Shown here: positions 39,146 through 48,937 of the stretch, in pieces
Position numbering within the stretch: the stretch's first letter is position 1
How the letters are laid out: every line of letters starts with the position of its first letter
Source: Polyangiaceae bacterium
GTDB lineage: Bacteria > Myxococcota_A > Polyangia > Polyangiales > Polyangiaceae
Direction of reading: 5' to 3'
DNA: 64,000 bases
Assembly (NCBI GenBank): GCA_035063585.1
Contig: JAPSGB010000020.1
Coordinates: forward strand, 1 to 64,000
Notes under the pieces: generated by a model
Database searches by the model: none
Told to the model about the DNA's origin: nothing
Seen by the model: the letters and a program-made list of their open reading frames with translations, nothing else
Program-made: the position numbers and the translations under genes

Positions 39146-40099
39146 ATGATGCCCAGCAGCGCAAACGCGGTCGACTGGGCGATTTTCGCGGGCGTCGTCA
39201 TCGGCGCGATGCTGCTCGATCGCGTGCTGTTTGGCGGCTCGCACCACGTCTCATTTCGGGAGGCGGCGGTGCGGAGCGGGATGTGGCTCATGGTGGGCCT
39301 CGGTTTCGCCGCCACGGTGTTCTACCGACAGGGGAGCGACGGCGCGCTCACCTTCATCGTCGCCTATCTCGTGGAGCAGTCGCTCTCGGTAGACAACCTG
39401 TTCGTCTTCCTGGTGGTCTTCAGCTACTTCCGCATAGGCGACCAGTATCAGGCGAGAGTCCTCTTCTGGGGCGTGATTGGCGCGGTCATCATGCGCGCGC
39501 TCTTCATCGTCGCCGGCACGGCGCTGCTCGGCCGCTTCCACTGGATGACGTACGTGTTCGGAGCCTTCCTGGTCTTTACCGGGGTGAAGCTCGGATTTCA
39601 CAAGGAAGAGGACGTGGATATGGAGGGGAACTTCGCGCTCAAGCTCGCGCGCCGGTTCCTCCGCACCACCGACAAGCTCGACCGAGAGCACTTCTTCACG
39701 GTGGAAAATGGCCGACGCGTCGCGACTCCGCTCCTGGTGGTCCTGATCGTCATCGAGCTCACTGACGTCATGTTCGCGGTGGACTCGGTGCCGGCGGTGC
39801 TGGCCATCTCCAAGGACACCTACATCGTGTACAGCTCGAACATCCTGGCCGTGCTCGGGCTGCGCTCGCTCTACTTCCTGCTCGCAGGAATGATGGGGCG
39901 GTTTCACTACCTCGACGTGGGGCTCGCCGTGATCCTGGCCTTCGTCGGTCTCAAGATGCTCGGGGCGAGCTACGTCTCCGTCCCGAACGCCGTCTCCCTC
40001 GGCGTCATCGGCGGCGTGCTCGCGGTGGCGGTGATAGCCTCGTTCCTCAGGCCCGTGGAGCGAGCCAGCGACCACGGCGCCGACTCGCCGCGATCATGA
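39146..40099 (+). CDS. TerC/Alx family membrane protein
   Basis: YLVEQSLSVDNLFVF, VLFWG..GA..MR, IELTDVMFAVDSVPA, GLRSLYF. Confidence 0.93.
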   Translation: MMPSSANAVDWAIFAGVVIGAMLLDRVLFGGSHHVSFREAAVRSGMWLMVGLGFAATVFYRQGSDGALTFIVAYLVEQSLSVDNLFVFLVVFSYFRIGDQYQARVLFWGVIGAVIMRALFIVAGTALLGRFHWMTYVFGAFLVFTGVKLGFHKEEDVDMEGNFALKLARRFLRTTDKLDREHFFTVENGRRVATPLLVVLIVIELTDVMFAVDSVPAVLAISKDTYIVYSSNILAVLGLRSLYFLLAGMMGRFHYLDVGLAVILAFVGLKMLGASYVSVPNAVSLGVIGGVLAVAVIASFLRPVERASDHGADSPRS

Positions 40100-41622
40100 G
40101 CCAGGGCTTACAGCTTCGCTCGTCGGGGGTGCTGCTCCACCCAACCTCCCTACCGGGCCAGTTCGCGGCTGGGGATCTCGGACCCGCCGCGCATGAGTTC
40201 ATCGAGTTTCTCTCGCGCGCTCGCCAGGGGTGGTGGCAGATGCTGCCGGTCGGCCCGGTCGGCCCGAGCGGCTCCCCCTACGACAGCCCCTCGACGTTCG
40301 CAGGCAACCCGAGCCTGGTGAGCCTCGAGTTGCTCGCGCGAGACGGGCTGCTGCGCGCCGATGAGCTCGCGAGGGCGGCGGCGCCGTCCGGGCGACGGGC
40401 CGAGCTGCGCTGGGCCGCGCGGTTCCGCGAGCTGCGCCTGCGCCGCGCGTTCCTGCGGTTCGATGGGCGCGCGTCGCCCGCGGACCTCAGGGAACTCGAG
40501 GCGTTCCGGCACCGCAACGCCGCGTGGTTGCCGGATCACGCGCTCTACTCCGCGCTCGCGCGCGCCCACCGCGGCGCGTCGTGGGTCCGCTGGGAAGAGC
40601 CGCTCCGTCACCGGCGGCCGCGCGCGCTCGAGCGGGCGCGGCGCGAGCTGGGCGAGGAGATCCGCTTCCATGAATTCGTGCAGCTCATGTTTCATCGGCA
40701 CTGGCGGGAGCTTCGACGGCACGCGACCGACCGCGGCGTCCGTCTGCTCGGAGACGTGCCCATGTTCGTGGCTCACCAGGGCTCGGACGTCTGGGCACAT
40801 CAAGACCTCTACTTCCTCGGGCGCGACGGCCGCGCGAGCGTCGTCGCCGGCGTCCCGCCGGACGCTTACAGCGCCACCGGGCAGCTCTGGGGCAATCCCA
40901 TCTATCGCTGGGCGAGCATGGAGGAGGCAGGGTTCTCGTGGTGGCTCGAGCGGCTCTCGCACACCCTCGAGCGCTTCGACGTGGTGCGGCTCGATCACTT
41001 CATCGGTTTCCATCGCTACTGGGAGATCCCTGCCGCGGCGCGCTCGGCGGCGCGGGGCCGTTTCGTCGGCGTCCCGGGGCGGGCGCTCTTCGAGCGTGTC
41101 CGCCAGATCCTCGGCGCGCTGCCGTTCGTGGCCGAGGATCTCGGCATCGTGACCGACGACGTCCAGGCCCTGCGCGAGCGGTTCGCGCTACCCGGAATGC
41201 GCGTGCTCCAGTTCGGGTTCGACACCGACGAGCCCAACGACTATCTGCCGCATCGCTACGTCAAGCACTCCGTCGTTTACACCGGAACTCACGATAACGA
41301 CACGACCGCGTCGTGGCTTCACGCGCGCGGAAGCGCGGGCGCGAGCAGGCGCCGTCGCATCGAGCGTTACCTCGGCGGTTGGTCCGCCGAGCCCTGCTGG
41401 GACATCATCCGTCTCGCGCTCGCGTCCGTGTCGAACACCGCGATCTTCCCGCTCCAGGATCTCCTCGGCCTCGGCGGCAGCGCCCGCATGAACGTCCCGG
41501 GGACGCGCACGGGCAACTGGACGTGGCGCGCGCGCGCACGCGAGCTGAGCCCCGCGCTCGCCGAGCGAATGGCCGAGCTCTGCGCGACCTATGAGCGTGA
41601 CCCATCGCCGAGACGCGCTTGA
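40096..41622 (+). CDS. malQ: 4-alpha-glucanotransferase (GH77)
   Basis: GVLLHPTSLP, AGVPPD, GQLWGNP, RLDHF, AEDLG, YTGTHDNDT, RMNVPG. Confidence 0.95.
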   Translation: MSQGLQLRSSGVLLHPTSLPGQFAAGDLGPAAHEFIEFLSRARQGWWQMLPVGPVGPSGSPYDSPSTFAGNPSLVSLELLARDGLLRADELARAAAPSGRRAELRWAARFRELRLRRAFLRFDGRASPADLRELEAFRHRNAAWLPDHALYSALARAHRGASWVRWEEPLRHRRPRALERARRELGEEIRFHEFVQLMFHRHWRELRRHATDRGVRLLGDVPMFVAHQGSDVWAHQDLYFLGRDGRASVVAGVPPDAYSATGQLWGNPIYRWASMEEAGFSWWLERLSHTLERFDVVRLDHFIGFHRYWEIPAAARSAARGRFVGVPGRALFERVRQILGALPFVAEDLGIVTDDVQALRERFALPGMRVLQFGFDTDEPNDYLPHRYVKHSVVYTGTHDNDTTASWLHARGSAGASRRRRIERYLGGWSAEPCWDIIRLALASVSNTAIFPLQDLLGLGGSARMNVPGTRTGNWTWRARARELSPALAERMAELCATYERDPSPRRA

Positions 41623-41659
41623 GCTTCGCGTGAGTCGGGCGGGCGCACTGACGGCGTCA

Positions 41660-41770
41660 TTTTGAATTTCATATCTGCAATGCGCTCGCGCTCCCCCCAC
41701 GTCGGCGTAGCGTGAAGTGCATATTCGAGTGACTCTGCCACACCTTGACAGATGAATTGAGCTGTGAGAG
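41660..41770 (+). promoter_or_regulatory. AT-enriched promoter region with a perfect TTGACA (41745-41750)
   Basis: Markedly lower GC than the flanks; canonical -35 hexamer; no convincing -10 hexamer. Confidence 0.4.
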
Positions 41771-41779
41771 ATGCCACGC

Positions 41780-42268
41780 ATGAGCAATGTCGATCAGCAA
41801 ATCCGTGAACGCATCGAGTCCTTCGTTCGTGAGTTGAACGCGCTCGTGCGCCGCGCCGCGATTGACGCGGTGGCGCGAGCACTCGATGGGAAGCCGGAGG
41901 AGCCTGCGCGCCCCGCCGCGGCGCGCGCGCCGCGCGCGCCGCGCGCCGCCAAGTCCGCGGGGGGCAAGCGGACGCCGGCGCAGATCGACGCCACCGCGAA
42001 GCGGATCCTGAAGCACGTCGCGGAGCATCCCGGCCAGTCAGTGGAGAGCATGTCGAAGCAGCTCGGCGTCATCACCCGCGAGCTCGCCCTCCCCATCAAG
42101 AAGCTGGTGAAGAGCGGCGAGCTTCGCACCGAGGGGCAGAGGCGCGCGACCAAGTACTTCCCTGGAGGCGGAGCGGCCGCCGGCGCCGCGCCGAAGGCGC
42201 GACGCGCGGCCAAGGCGGCTCGTGGCGCGAAGCGCGCCCGGCGCGCGCGCCCGGCGAAGCGCGGCTGA
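41780..42268 (+). CDS. Small basic DNA-binding protein (N-terminal helix, winged-HTH, Ala/Lys/Arg tail)
   Basis: ILKHVAEHPGQ..MSKQLG..LPIKKLV..G.LRTEGQRRATKYF; histone-H1-like tail; alternative start 41771. Confidence 0.8.
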   Translation: MSNVDQQIRERIESFVRELNALVRRAAIDAVARALDGKPEEPARPAAARAPRAPRAAKSAGGKRTPAQIDATAKRILKHVAEHPGQSVESMSKQLGVITRELALPIKKLVKSGELRTEGQRRATKYFPGGGAAAGAAPKARRAAKAARGAKRARRARPAKRG

Positions 42269-42293
42269 AGGGGCGAACCCGCTCCTCGGAGTC

Positions 42294-42329
42294 CCCGGAG
42301 CGCGCGCCGATGGGCGCGCGCTCTCCGGG
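42294..42329. terminator. GC hairpin between convergent genes (possible bidirectional terminator)
   Basis: CCCGGAGCGCGCGCC...GGCGCGCGCTCTCCGGG; no U-tract. Confidence 0.4.
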
Positions 42330-42330
42330 C

Positions 42331-43332
42331 TCACCGGTCCGGCTCGGGTGGCGGCGGGAGGGTCGAGTCGGCGACCAGCTGGAGGAGCGGGCGGGCCGCC
42401 GAAGGAGGTGGCGCCGCCTCGGGCGACGCGGGACGCGAGACCAGCGGGAGCGGCGGGATGGTCCGGTGATCGTGCGACGCCGCGGGGGCGGCTGCGATGA
42501 ACGGCGCGATGGCGCGAAGCATCTCGGCGGCGCTCTGTTGGCGTTGACGCCGATCCTTGGCGAGCGCCCGACGCACCACCAGCTCGAGCTCCGCGGGCAC
42601 CTGCGGCGCGTAGGTACGCAGCGGCTTCGGCGGGCGACGGATGACCGTCGCGATGACGTCGAGCGCGCTGGCGCCTTCGAAGGGTGGTCGCCCCGTGAGG
42701 AGCTCGTAGAGGATCGCCCCCGTCGCGTAGAGATCCGCGCGGTGGTCCACGCTCTCGCCCAGCGCCTGCTCGGGCGCCATGTAGGAGGGCGTCCCGAAGA
42801 TCCGCCCCGTCTCCTCCGGCGCCATCCCGTCGGGATGGACCCCCTTGGCGATGCCGAAATCGAGCACCTTGGTGAGCGGCTGATCCGGCCTCGGGTGCAC
42901 GACGATGATATTGCCCGGCTTGAGGTCGCGATGAACGATGCCGAGCCCGTGCGCGGCCTCCAGCGCGGCCAGCACCTGCGCGATGAGCTCGCAGGCGTAA
43001 CCGACCCCGACCGCGCCGCGCTCCTCGATCACGGTGCTCAGCAGCTCGCCGTCGCACAGCTCCATCACCATGAACGGCGCGCCGTCCTGGTCGCCGAGAT
43101 CGAACACGCCGGCCACGTTGGGGTGCATGAGCCGACCCGCCGCGCGCGCTTCGGCGATGAATCGCCCGTAGATCTCCGCGTCGTCGGCGAGCTCACGGTG
43201 CAGGATCTTGATGGCGACGCGGCGCTCCACGAGCGTGTGCTCGGCCTCCCACACCTCACCGGCGCTGCCGCGTCCGAGCAGCCGCACCAGGGTGTACTTG
43301 CCTCCGAGGAGATCGCCGACGTCGAAGCTCAC
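42331..43332 (-). CDS. Cytoplasmic Ser/Thr protein kinase
   Basis: LGRGSAG, VAIK, HRDLKPGN, DFG, GTPSYMAPE; no TM. Confidence 0.92.
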   Translation of the reverse strand: MSFDVGDLLGGKYTLVRLLGRGSAGEVWEAEHTLVERRVAIKILHRELADDAEIYGRFIAEARAAGRLMHPNVAGVFDLGDQDGAPFMVMELCDGELLSTVIEERGAVGVGYACELIAQVLAALEAAHGLGIVHRDLKPGNIIVVHPRPDQPLTKVLDFGIAKGVHPDGMAPEETGRIFGTPSYMAPEQALGESVDHRADLYATGAILYELLTGRPPFEGASALDVIATVIRRPPKPLRTYAPQVPAELELVVRRALAKDRRQRQQSAAEMLRAIAPFIAAAPAASHDHRTIPPLPLVSRPASPEAAPPPSAARPLLQLVADSTLPPPPEPDR

Positions 43333-43396
43333 GCGAGCGCCAATCTAGAGCATCGGCACCTCGTTCGCCAGGACACGCTGCGCTCCACGGAACGAT

Positions 43397-44176
43397 TCAG
43401 AGCCCAGATTTTCGATGAACGAGGGTGGCGGTCGCCTGAGCGGTCGCCATGACCAGCATGTTGTGCAAGGACACGTGCGGAGGACGCGTGACCGCGAAGC
43501 CGATGCAGTCCGCCACGTCGGCGGCCGTGAGCGGGTCGACTCCGGAGTAGACGGCTCCCGCGCGCTCCGCGTCGCCGTGGAAGCGGACCACGCTGAACTC
43601 GGTCTCGACCAGCCCGGGCTCGATGACGAGCTGCCGGATCCTGGTCCCGAAGAGCTCGAGCCTGAGCGCCTGCGCGAAGCTCTCGACGGCGGCCTTGGAG
43701 GCGCAATACGCCGCGCCCTTCGCGTATGGCTGGAGCCCGGCGACCGAGCCGACGTGCACGATGTCGCCGGCGTCGCGGGCGATGAAGCTCGGGAGGAAGA
43801 GACGCGTCACGCGCATCAGACCCATGAGGTTCGACTCGAGCATCTCGCGCCAGTCTCGCTCGTCGGAGTCGACGACCGGCGCGAGCCCGCGGGCGAGGCC
43901 CGCGTTGTTCACCAGGATGTCGACCCCGGCGGCGTCGCCGGTAGCCCACTCGGTGAAGGCGCGGCAGCTCTCGGGCACGGTGACGTCGAGCGCGTGGGCG
44001 GACGCGCCGCCGCCGAGCTCGCTCGCGAGCGCCTCGACGCGCTCGAGGCGCCTCGCGCCGAGGCGCAGGCTCGCGCCGAGCGCGGCGAGGGTCCGCGCGG
44101 TGGCGGCGCCGATGCCGCTCGAGGCGCCGGTGATGACCGCGATCTTGCCTGACAGTGGCCTGCTGGAGGGGGACAT
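43397..44176 (-). CDS. SDR oxidoreductase (YdfG-like)
   Basis: TGASSGIG, NNAGLARG, YCASK, EPGLVETEFS..RFHGD. Confidence 0.92.
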   Translation of the reverse strand: MSPSSRPLSGKIAVITGASSGIGAATARTLAALGASLRLGARRLERVEALASELGGGASAHALDVTVPESCRAFTEWATGDAAGVDILVNNAGLARGLAPVVDSDERDWREMLESNLMGLMRVTRLFLPSFIARDAGDIVHVGSVAGLQPYAKGAAYCASKAAVESFAQALRLELFGTRIRQLVIEPGLVETEFSVVRFHGDAERAGAVYSGVDPLTAADVADCIGFAVTRPPHVSLHNMLVMATAQATATLVHRKSGL

Positions 44177-44239
44177 GAGGCGGAAGCCTAACGCATCCGG
44201 CGACCGTGCAGCGCTCCCGACCGTGATAAGGTCGCGGGG

Positions 44240-44258
44240 CGCGGTTCCGCGCCGAACC
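44240..44258 (-). repeat. REP-like intergenic element, subtype A
   Basis: Reverse complement GGTTCGGCGCGGAACCGCG, 18/19 to the consensus core; between divergent SDR genes. Confidence 0.65.
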
Positions 44259-44272
44259 AACCCAAAGACCCG

Positions 44273-45049
44273 ATGAAGAGAGAGACTCGCTTCCAGGCTG
44301 CCTTCATCACCGGCGCCTCGAGCGGCATCGGCGCGGCGATAGCCACCGAGCTCGGCGCGCGCGGCGCGCGAGTCGTCCTGGCCGCGCGGCGCGAGCCGGA
44401 GCTGCGCGTCGTGGCGCGCGCCATCGCCGAGCGAGGCGGCCGCGCCGAGCTGTGCGTGCTCGACGTGGCCGACACCTCCGCGACGCGCGAAGCGGTGCGG
44501 CGCTGGGACGAGGAGACGGGGGGCCTCGATCTGGTGCTCGCCAACGCTGGGGTCGGCGACGTGCAGTCCGCGGACAAGCTCGAGTGGCGAGCGGTCGAGC
44601 GGATCCTGGACGTCAACTTGGTAGGCGCGTTGGCGGTCCTGACCGAGGCGCTGCCGCTGATGCTCGCGAGGGGGCGCGGAACCCTCGCCGCGGTGTCGAG
44701 CCTCGCGGGGCTGCGGGGGCTACCGACCAGCGCGGTCTACTCCGCAAGCAAGGCAGCCCTCCGCATCTTCCTCGAGTCGCTCGGGGTGGAGCTTCGACCC
44801 CGCGGGCTCCACGTGGTGGATGTCCGGCCAGGCTTCATCGACACGCCGATGACCAGGAAAAATCGCTTCCCGATGCCCTTCTTGATGCCGCTCGAGGCGG
44901 CGACCGAGCGCGCGATCGGGGGGCTCGAGCGCGGCGAGCCGGTGGTGGCCTTCCCGTGGCAACTCTCGATGGCCATGACGCTCGCCGAGAAGATGCCCGA
45001 CGCGCTCTGGAGGGCGATCGCGGCGCGGTTGCCCACCAAGCCCGACTGA
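44273..45049 (+). CDS. SDR oxidoreductase
   Basis: TGASSGIG, ANAG, YSASK, PGFIDTPMT..FPMPF. Confidence 0.92.
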   Translation: MKRETRFQAAFITGASSGIGAAIATELGARGARVVLAARREPELRVVARAIAERGGRAELCVLDVADTSATREAVRRWDEETGGLDLVLANAGVGDVQSADKLEWRAVERILDVNLVGALAVLTEALPLMLARGRGTLAAVSSLAGLRGLPTSAVYSASKAALRIFLESLGVELRPRGLHVVDVRPGFIDTPMTRKNRFPMPFLMPLEAATERAIGGLERGEPVVAFPWQLSMAMTLAEKMPDALWRAIAARLPTKPD

Positions 45050-45156
45050 GACGCGCGCGAGAGCGCGAGCGAGCCGATGCGAAGACGCGCGGTCTAGGCT
45101 ACACTCGGCGCATACGGGCGCGGCCGAGAGGACGCCGCGAGGCCCTTGGAGACACG

Positions 45157-47190
45157 ATGACGAAGCTTCGCTCTTCCCTCGTCTGGCTGGTCGCGGGCAC
45201 CGCGCTCGCCTTGGTGACGACTTATGGCTGTAGCGGCGCGGACGACGCGCCGGGAGGAGGCGTCGCGGCCACCGGCGGGAGCGGCGGTCTCCCCGAGGCG
45301 GGCGGCAGCGGCGGCACCGGCGGGCTCGGCTTCGACGCCGGCGGCGGCAACGGCGGGGTGCTCGGCTGCACCGACGTGACCGATCCGACCGACAGCGACG
45401 GAGACGGGATCGCCGATCAGATCGAGGGCAAGGGCGACCCGAGCGGCCCTCGCGACACCGACCAGGACGGGACCCCCGACTATCTCGACGCCGACAGCGA
45501 CGACGACGGCATCCCGGACAGCGTGGAGGCAAACTCGCCCAAGTTCCAGCGCCACGGCCCCTGCGATCCGGTCGCGGACGCCGACGGCGATCTGCGCCCT
45601 GACTTCATCGATCCCGACAGCGACAACGACGGCCTCCCCGACGATCAAGACTCCGCGCTCTGCCCGAACTTGGACTGCCGAATCCAGGCGGATTGCGACG
45701 GCGACACCATCGAGGACGTGGTGGAGGTCGCCGCCAAGACGGACCCCTGCCAGACGACGGATCCGACCAGCCAGGACTTCGGGCTCTACTTCAAGGTGCC
45801 CTACCTGAGCGGACCGCAGAAGCAGCAGTTCACCTTCTCGACCGGCGTGAAGGACGCCGACATCTATTTTCTCATCGACACCACCCAGTCGATGCAAGGG
45901 GCCATCGACAACATCAAGTCGTCGCTCGACAGCGAGATCATCCCCGCGATCCTGAACGGCGATTCGAGCGCCAAGCCGCCCATCCCGGCGATCCCCGGCG
46001 CGCAGATCGGGATCGGGACCTTCAAGGACATCCCATGGGTGCCCTGGGGTGACGCCGGCGACGACGTCTACGGCTTCAAGTTCTCCATCGCCGGTTCCAC
46101 CGTTTACGGGAACGTGTCGCCGCCAAACGGCGTCGGCGGTGCCTTCACCGCGCCCGACAACGTCCGCGCCATCCTCGGCAGCCTCACCGCCACCGGCGGC
46201 GGGGACTCCCCCGAGGCGACCACCCAGGCGCTGTGGCTCGCGGCGACCAACGAGGACTATCGCGCGGTCGGAGGCGGCGAGCCCTGGCCTCCGAGCGATC
46301 CCCCGGGCTCCGGCAACTTCGACGCGGCGGCGTGGCGAGCCAACTGCGCCGACTCGAGCCACCTTGGCCGCGCGTGCTTCCGCGCCGGCCGGCTGCCGGT
46401 CATCGTGATCGTCACCGACGCGCCGTTCCATAACGGGCCGAAGAGCGGCGCCTGTCCGGCGGGAGACGACTACGTGGTTCCCCCGGCCACCATCACGGCA
46501 GGCTGCCCGGTCGGGGTAGCGGTGAATGGCACCAAGACCTACCTCGAGGCGCTCCAGGCGCTGACCAAGATCGGAGCGAAGATCGTCGGCGTGTCGGTCA
46601 ATACCGGGACCGCGAACCTGGCGCGCTTCGCGCTGGTCGACCTGGCCGAGAAGACGGGGAGCATCTACGCGAAGAGCGCCTTCGACGGCAGCATGGTGAG
46701 CCTGCCGCTGGTCACCGAGCAGGACACCAGGAACGGCGACGTGTCCTCGGAGGTGGTCCGTCTGATCGGTCTGCTCGCAGGCCAAGGACTGCTCGACGTC
46801 ACCACGCGAACCAAGAGCTACGCCTGCGCCGGAAGTATCGACTGCACCGGAGACGGGCTCCCCGATCCGAAATACGATAACCCGCCGGATCCGGACTCCG
46901 GTCAGCCCTTCGACGCCATGAGGCTCATCAGCTCGATCGCTCCGGTGGCGTCCACGGCGACCCCCAAGCCCTACGTGAAGATCGACGCCACCACCTTCTA
47001 CGGCGTGCGCGGCGATCAGACGGTTACGTTCGAGGTCACCGCGGACAACACCGTGCTCAGGCCGAACAGCGTGACGGTCGTCCAGGCGCTGCTTCGGGTC
47101 CAGACGCCTGCCGGTCAGGCGCTCGGCGGCCCCGACGGCATCAAGAAGATTTTTCTCGTGATCCCACCCTATCGGTCGCCGTTCGCGTGA
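45157..47190 (+). CDS. Lipoprotein with Ca-binding DxDxDG (TSP3-like) repeats and a vWA/integrin-beta-like domain
   Basis: TYGC lipobox; DSDGDG/DTDQDG/DSDDDG repeats; DIYFLIDTTQSM, GGGDSPE, VIVTDA. Confidence 0.82.
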   Translation: MTKLRSSLVWLVAGTALALVTTYGCSGADDAPGGGVAATGGSGGLPEAGGSGGTGGLGFDAGGGNGGVLGCTDVTDPTDSDGDGIADQIEGKGDPSGPRDTDQDGTPDYLDADSDDDGIPDSVEANSPKFQRHGPCDPVADADGDLRPDFIDPDSDNDGLPDDQDSALCPNLDCRIQADCDGDTIEDVVEVAAKTDPCQTTDPTSQDFGLYFKVPYLSGPQKQQFTFSTGVKDADIYFLIDTTQSMQGAIDNIKSSLDSEIIPAILNGDSSAKPPIPAIPGAQIGIGTFKDIPWVPWGDAGDDVYGFKFSIAGSTVYGNVSPPNGVGGAFTAPDNVRAILGSLTATGGGDSPEATTQALWLAATNEDYRAVGGGEPWPPSDPPGSGNFDAAAWRANCADSSHLGRACFRAGRLPVIVIVTDAPFHNGPKSGACPAGDDYVVPPATITAGCPVGVAVNGTKTYLEALQALTKIGAKIVGVSVNTGTANLARFALVDLAEKTGSIYAKSAFDGSMVSLPLVTEQDTRNGDVSSEVVRLIGLLAGQGLLDVTTRTKSYACAGSIDCTGDGLPDPKYDNPPDPDSGQPFDAMRLISSIAPVASTATPKPYVKIDATTFYGVRGDQTVTFEVTADNTVLRPNSVTVVQALLRVQTPAGQALGGPDGIKKIFLVIPPYRSPFA

Positions 47191-47224
47191 TGAGCGGGAG
47201 TGGTGTTAGCTTCGACTCCAGTCA

Positions 47225-48937
47225 ATGTCGGGCGCGCAAGCAACCCGGGGTGAGGCTCGAGTCGACGCCGGGCTCGACGCCGCGCTGAGCCCCGTGAGCG
47301 TCGCGACGCGAGGTTCGTCGCTGCGCTGGCCGCTCATGGTGGTGGCGCTCCTCGCGACCCTCACCACGCGAGCCGTCCACGCGCAGCCGGCCGCGGCAGA
47401 ACCCGCCGAGGAGCCCGCGCCGCCGGCCGCGACCGGCGCGCCGGACACCTGGGGCTCGGGTGCGCCGGCTCCCGCGCCGGAGCCATCGACGCCGCCGGCG
47501 CCCGAGCCGCCGCCGGCCGTCTCGCCGCCCCTCGCCGCGCCCGACGAGCCCGACGCGAGCGCTCCTTCGAGCGTCCGTTATACGCTCGAGGGAATCGAGC
47601 TCCGCGGCAACACCAAGACCCGACCGCGCGTGGTGCTGAGGTACGTCCCGTTCAGACCGGGCGACATCATCGACGTCGACGATCCCGAGGTCGAGCTCAC
47701 GCGCTACCGCCTGCTCGGCACCGGGTTCTTCCGCGAGGTTCAGTTCTCCCTGAAGCGCGGGACACGACGCGGCTACGTGGTGCTGGTCATCGACGTCGTC
47801 GAGCGCAACACCATCATCGTCAACGATCTGTGGATGGGGCTCTCCGCGGATGCCGACAACGACGGCCGCGCGCGCCCGCTCACGGCGTACGCGGGGGTCG
47901 ACGTCGCCGAGACCAACCTGGCCGGGACCGGCATCACGCTCGGGACCGCGATCGGGCTTGCCCAAGACCAGCTCGCGCTCCGCGTGCGCTTCCTCGATCC
48001 GGCCTTCCTCGGCTCGAGCTGGATGACCTCCGGGACGCTGCTCTTCAACGACGCCCGCGACTTCTTCGGCAACCGCGACGTGTTCTACTCGGACGGTGGG
48101 CTGACCTCGCGAATAGAGGACTACGCGACCGTCCAGTACGAGCGATTCGGCGGCTCGCTCGGCGCCGGACGTGATCTCTCGGTCGCGACCCAGCTCTGGG
48201 TCAGCTACCGCCTCGAGGCGATCGACGCGCGGGTCCCGGTGGCGTCTCACCTCCGCGGTCTCGACCGAGAGCCCATCGATTTTCACATCGATCCGGGTCG
48301 CAGCGTGCTCTCCACGGTGAGGGCCACACTCCAGTACGACTCGCGGGATCATCCCTTCTTGCCGACCCGTGGGTGGTACGGAAACTTCGCCGCGGAGACC
48401 GGCGTCCCGCCATCCGGCAGCGACTACGACTACCAACGTTTCGACGTGTCGTTGTCGCGCTGGTGGGAGCTCCCCTGGGCTCACGTCGTGCACCTCGAGT
48501 TGTTCGGCGGCGCCATCGCCGGCAACGCCCCCTTCTTCGAACAGTATTACGTCGGGGACTTCACCGATTTCCTGCCGGCGCGCGTGCTCGGGCTGAACTT
48601 CGATCGCCGCCCACCGCCCAACTTCTTGCACACCGACATCGGCGAGGTTCGTTACGGTGACTACGCGCTGAAGCTCGGCGGCGAGTATCGCATCCCGCTC
48701 TACCGCGGGCACCGCTCCGTCTACGGGATCGATTTCTTCACCAGCGCTGGCATCTACGGCGTCGCGAGCCGACGTGACATCACCTCGCCGCCGCGCGGCT
48801 ACGGCGCGGCCGCGCGCATCCCCATCGATCTGACCGCGAACCTCGGGTTTCGCATGGACACCAGCGCGGGCGGCTTCGTCTTCGCGTTCTCGAACGTCCT
48901 CGGCTTCATCCCGGCTCGCCATGAGGCCGCCCCGTGA
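47225..48937 (+). CDS. Omp85 (BamA/TamA family) outer-membrane protein with one POTRA
   Basis: IELRGNTKTR..LLGTGFF..VVER (POTRA); ETNLAGTG, YDSRD..PTRG, FEQYYVG; start uncertain. Confidence 0.85.
   Translation: MSGAQATRGEARVDAGLDAALSPVSVATRGSSLRWPLMVVALLATLTTRAVHAQPAAAEPAEEPAPPAATGAPDTWGSGAPAPAPEPSTPPAPEPPPAVSPPLAAPDEPDASAPSSVRYTLEGIELRGNTKTRPRVVLRYVPFRPGDIIDVDDPEVELTRYRLLGTGFFREVQFSLKRGTRRGYVVLVIDVVERNTIIVNDLWMGLSADADNDGRARPLTAYAGVDVAETNLAGTGITLGTAIGLAQDQLALRVRFLDPAFLGSSWMTSGTLLFNDARDFFGNRDVFYSDGGLTSRIEDYATVQYERFGGSLGAGRDLSVATQLWVSYRLEAIDARVPVASHLRGLDREPIDFHIDPGRSVLSTVRATLQYDSRDHPFLPTRGWYGNFAAETGVPPSGSDYDYQRFDVSLSRWWELPWAHVVHLELFGGAIAGNAPFFEQYYVGDFTDFLPARVLGLNFDRRPPPNFLHTDIGEVRYGDYALKLGGEYRIPLYRGHRSVYGIDFFTSAGIYGVASRRDITSPPRGYGAAARIPIDLTANLGFRMDTSAGGFVFAFSNVLGFIPARHEAAP

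Noticed and set aside
44452..45156. N-terminal extension of the 912-aa ORF
   Set aside because: It overlaps the SDR gene out of frame; the lipoprotein signal starts at 45157.
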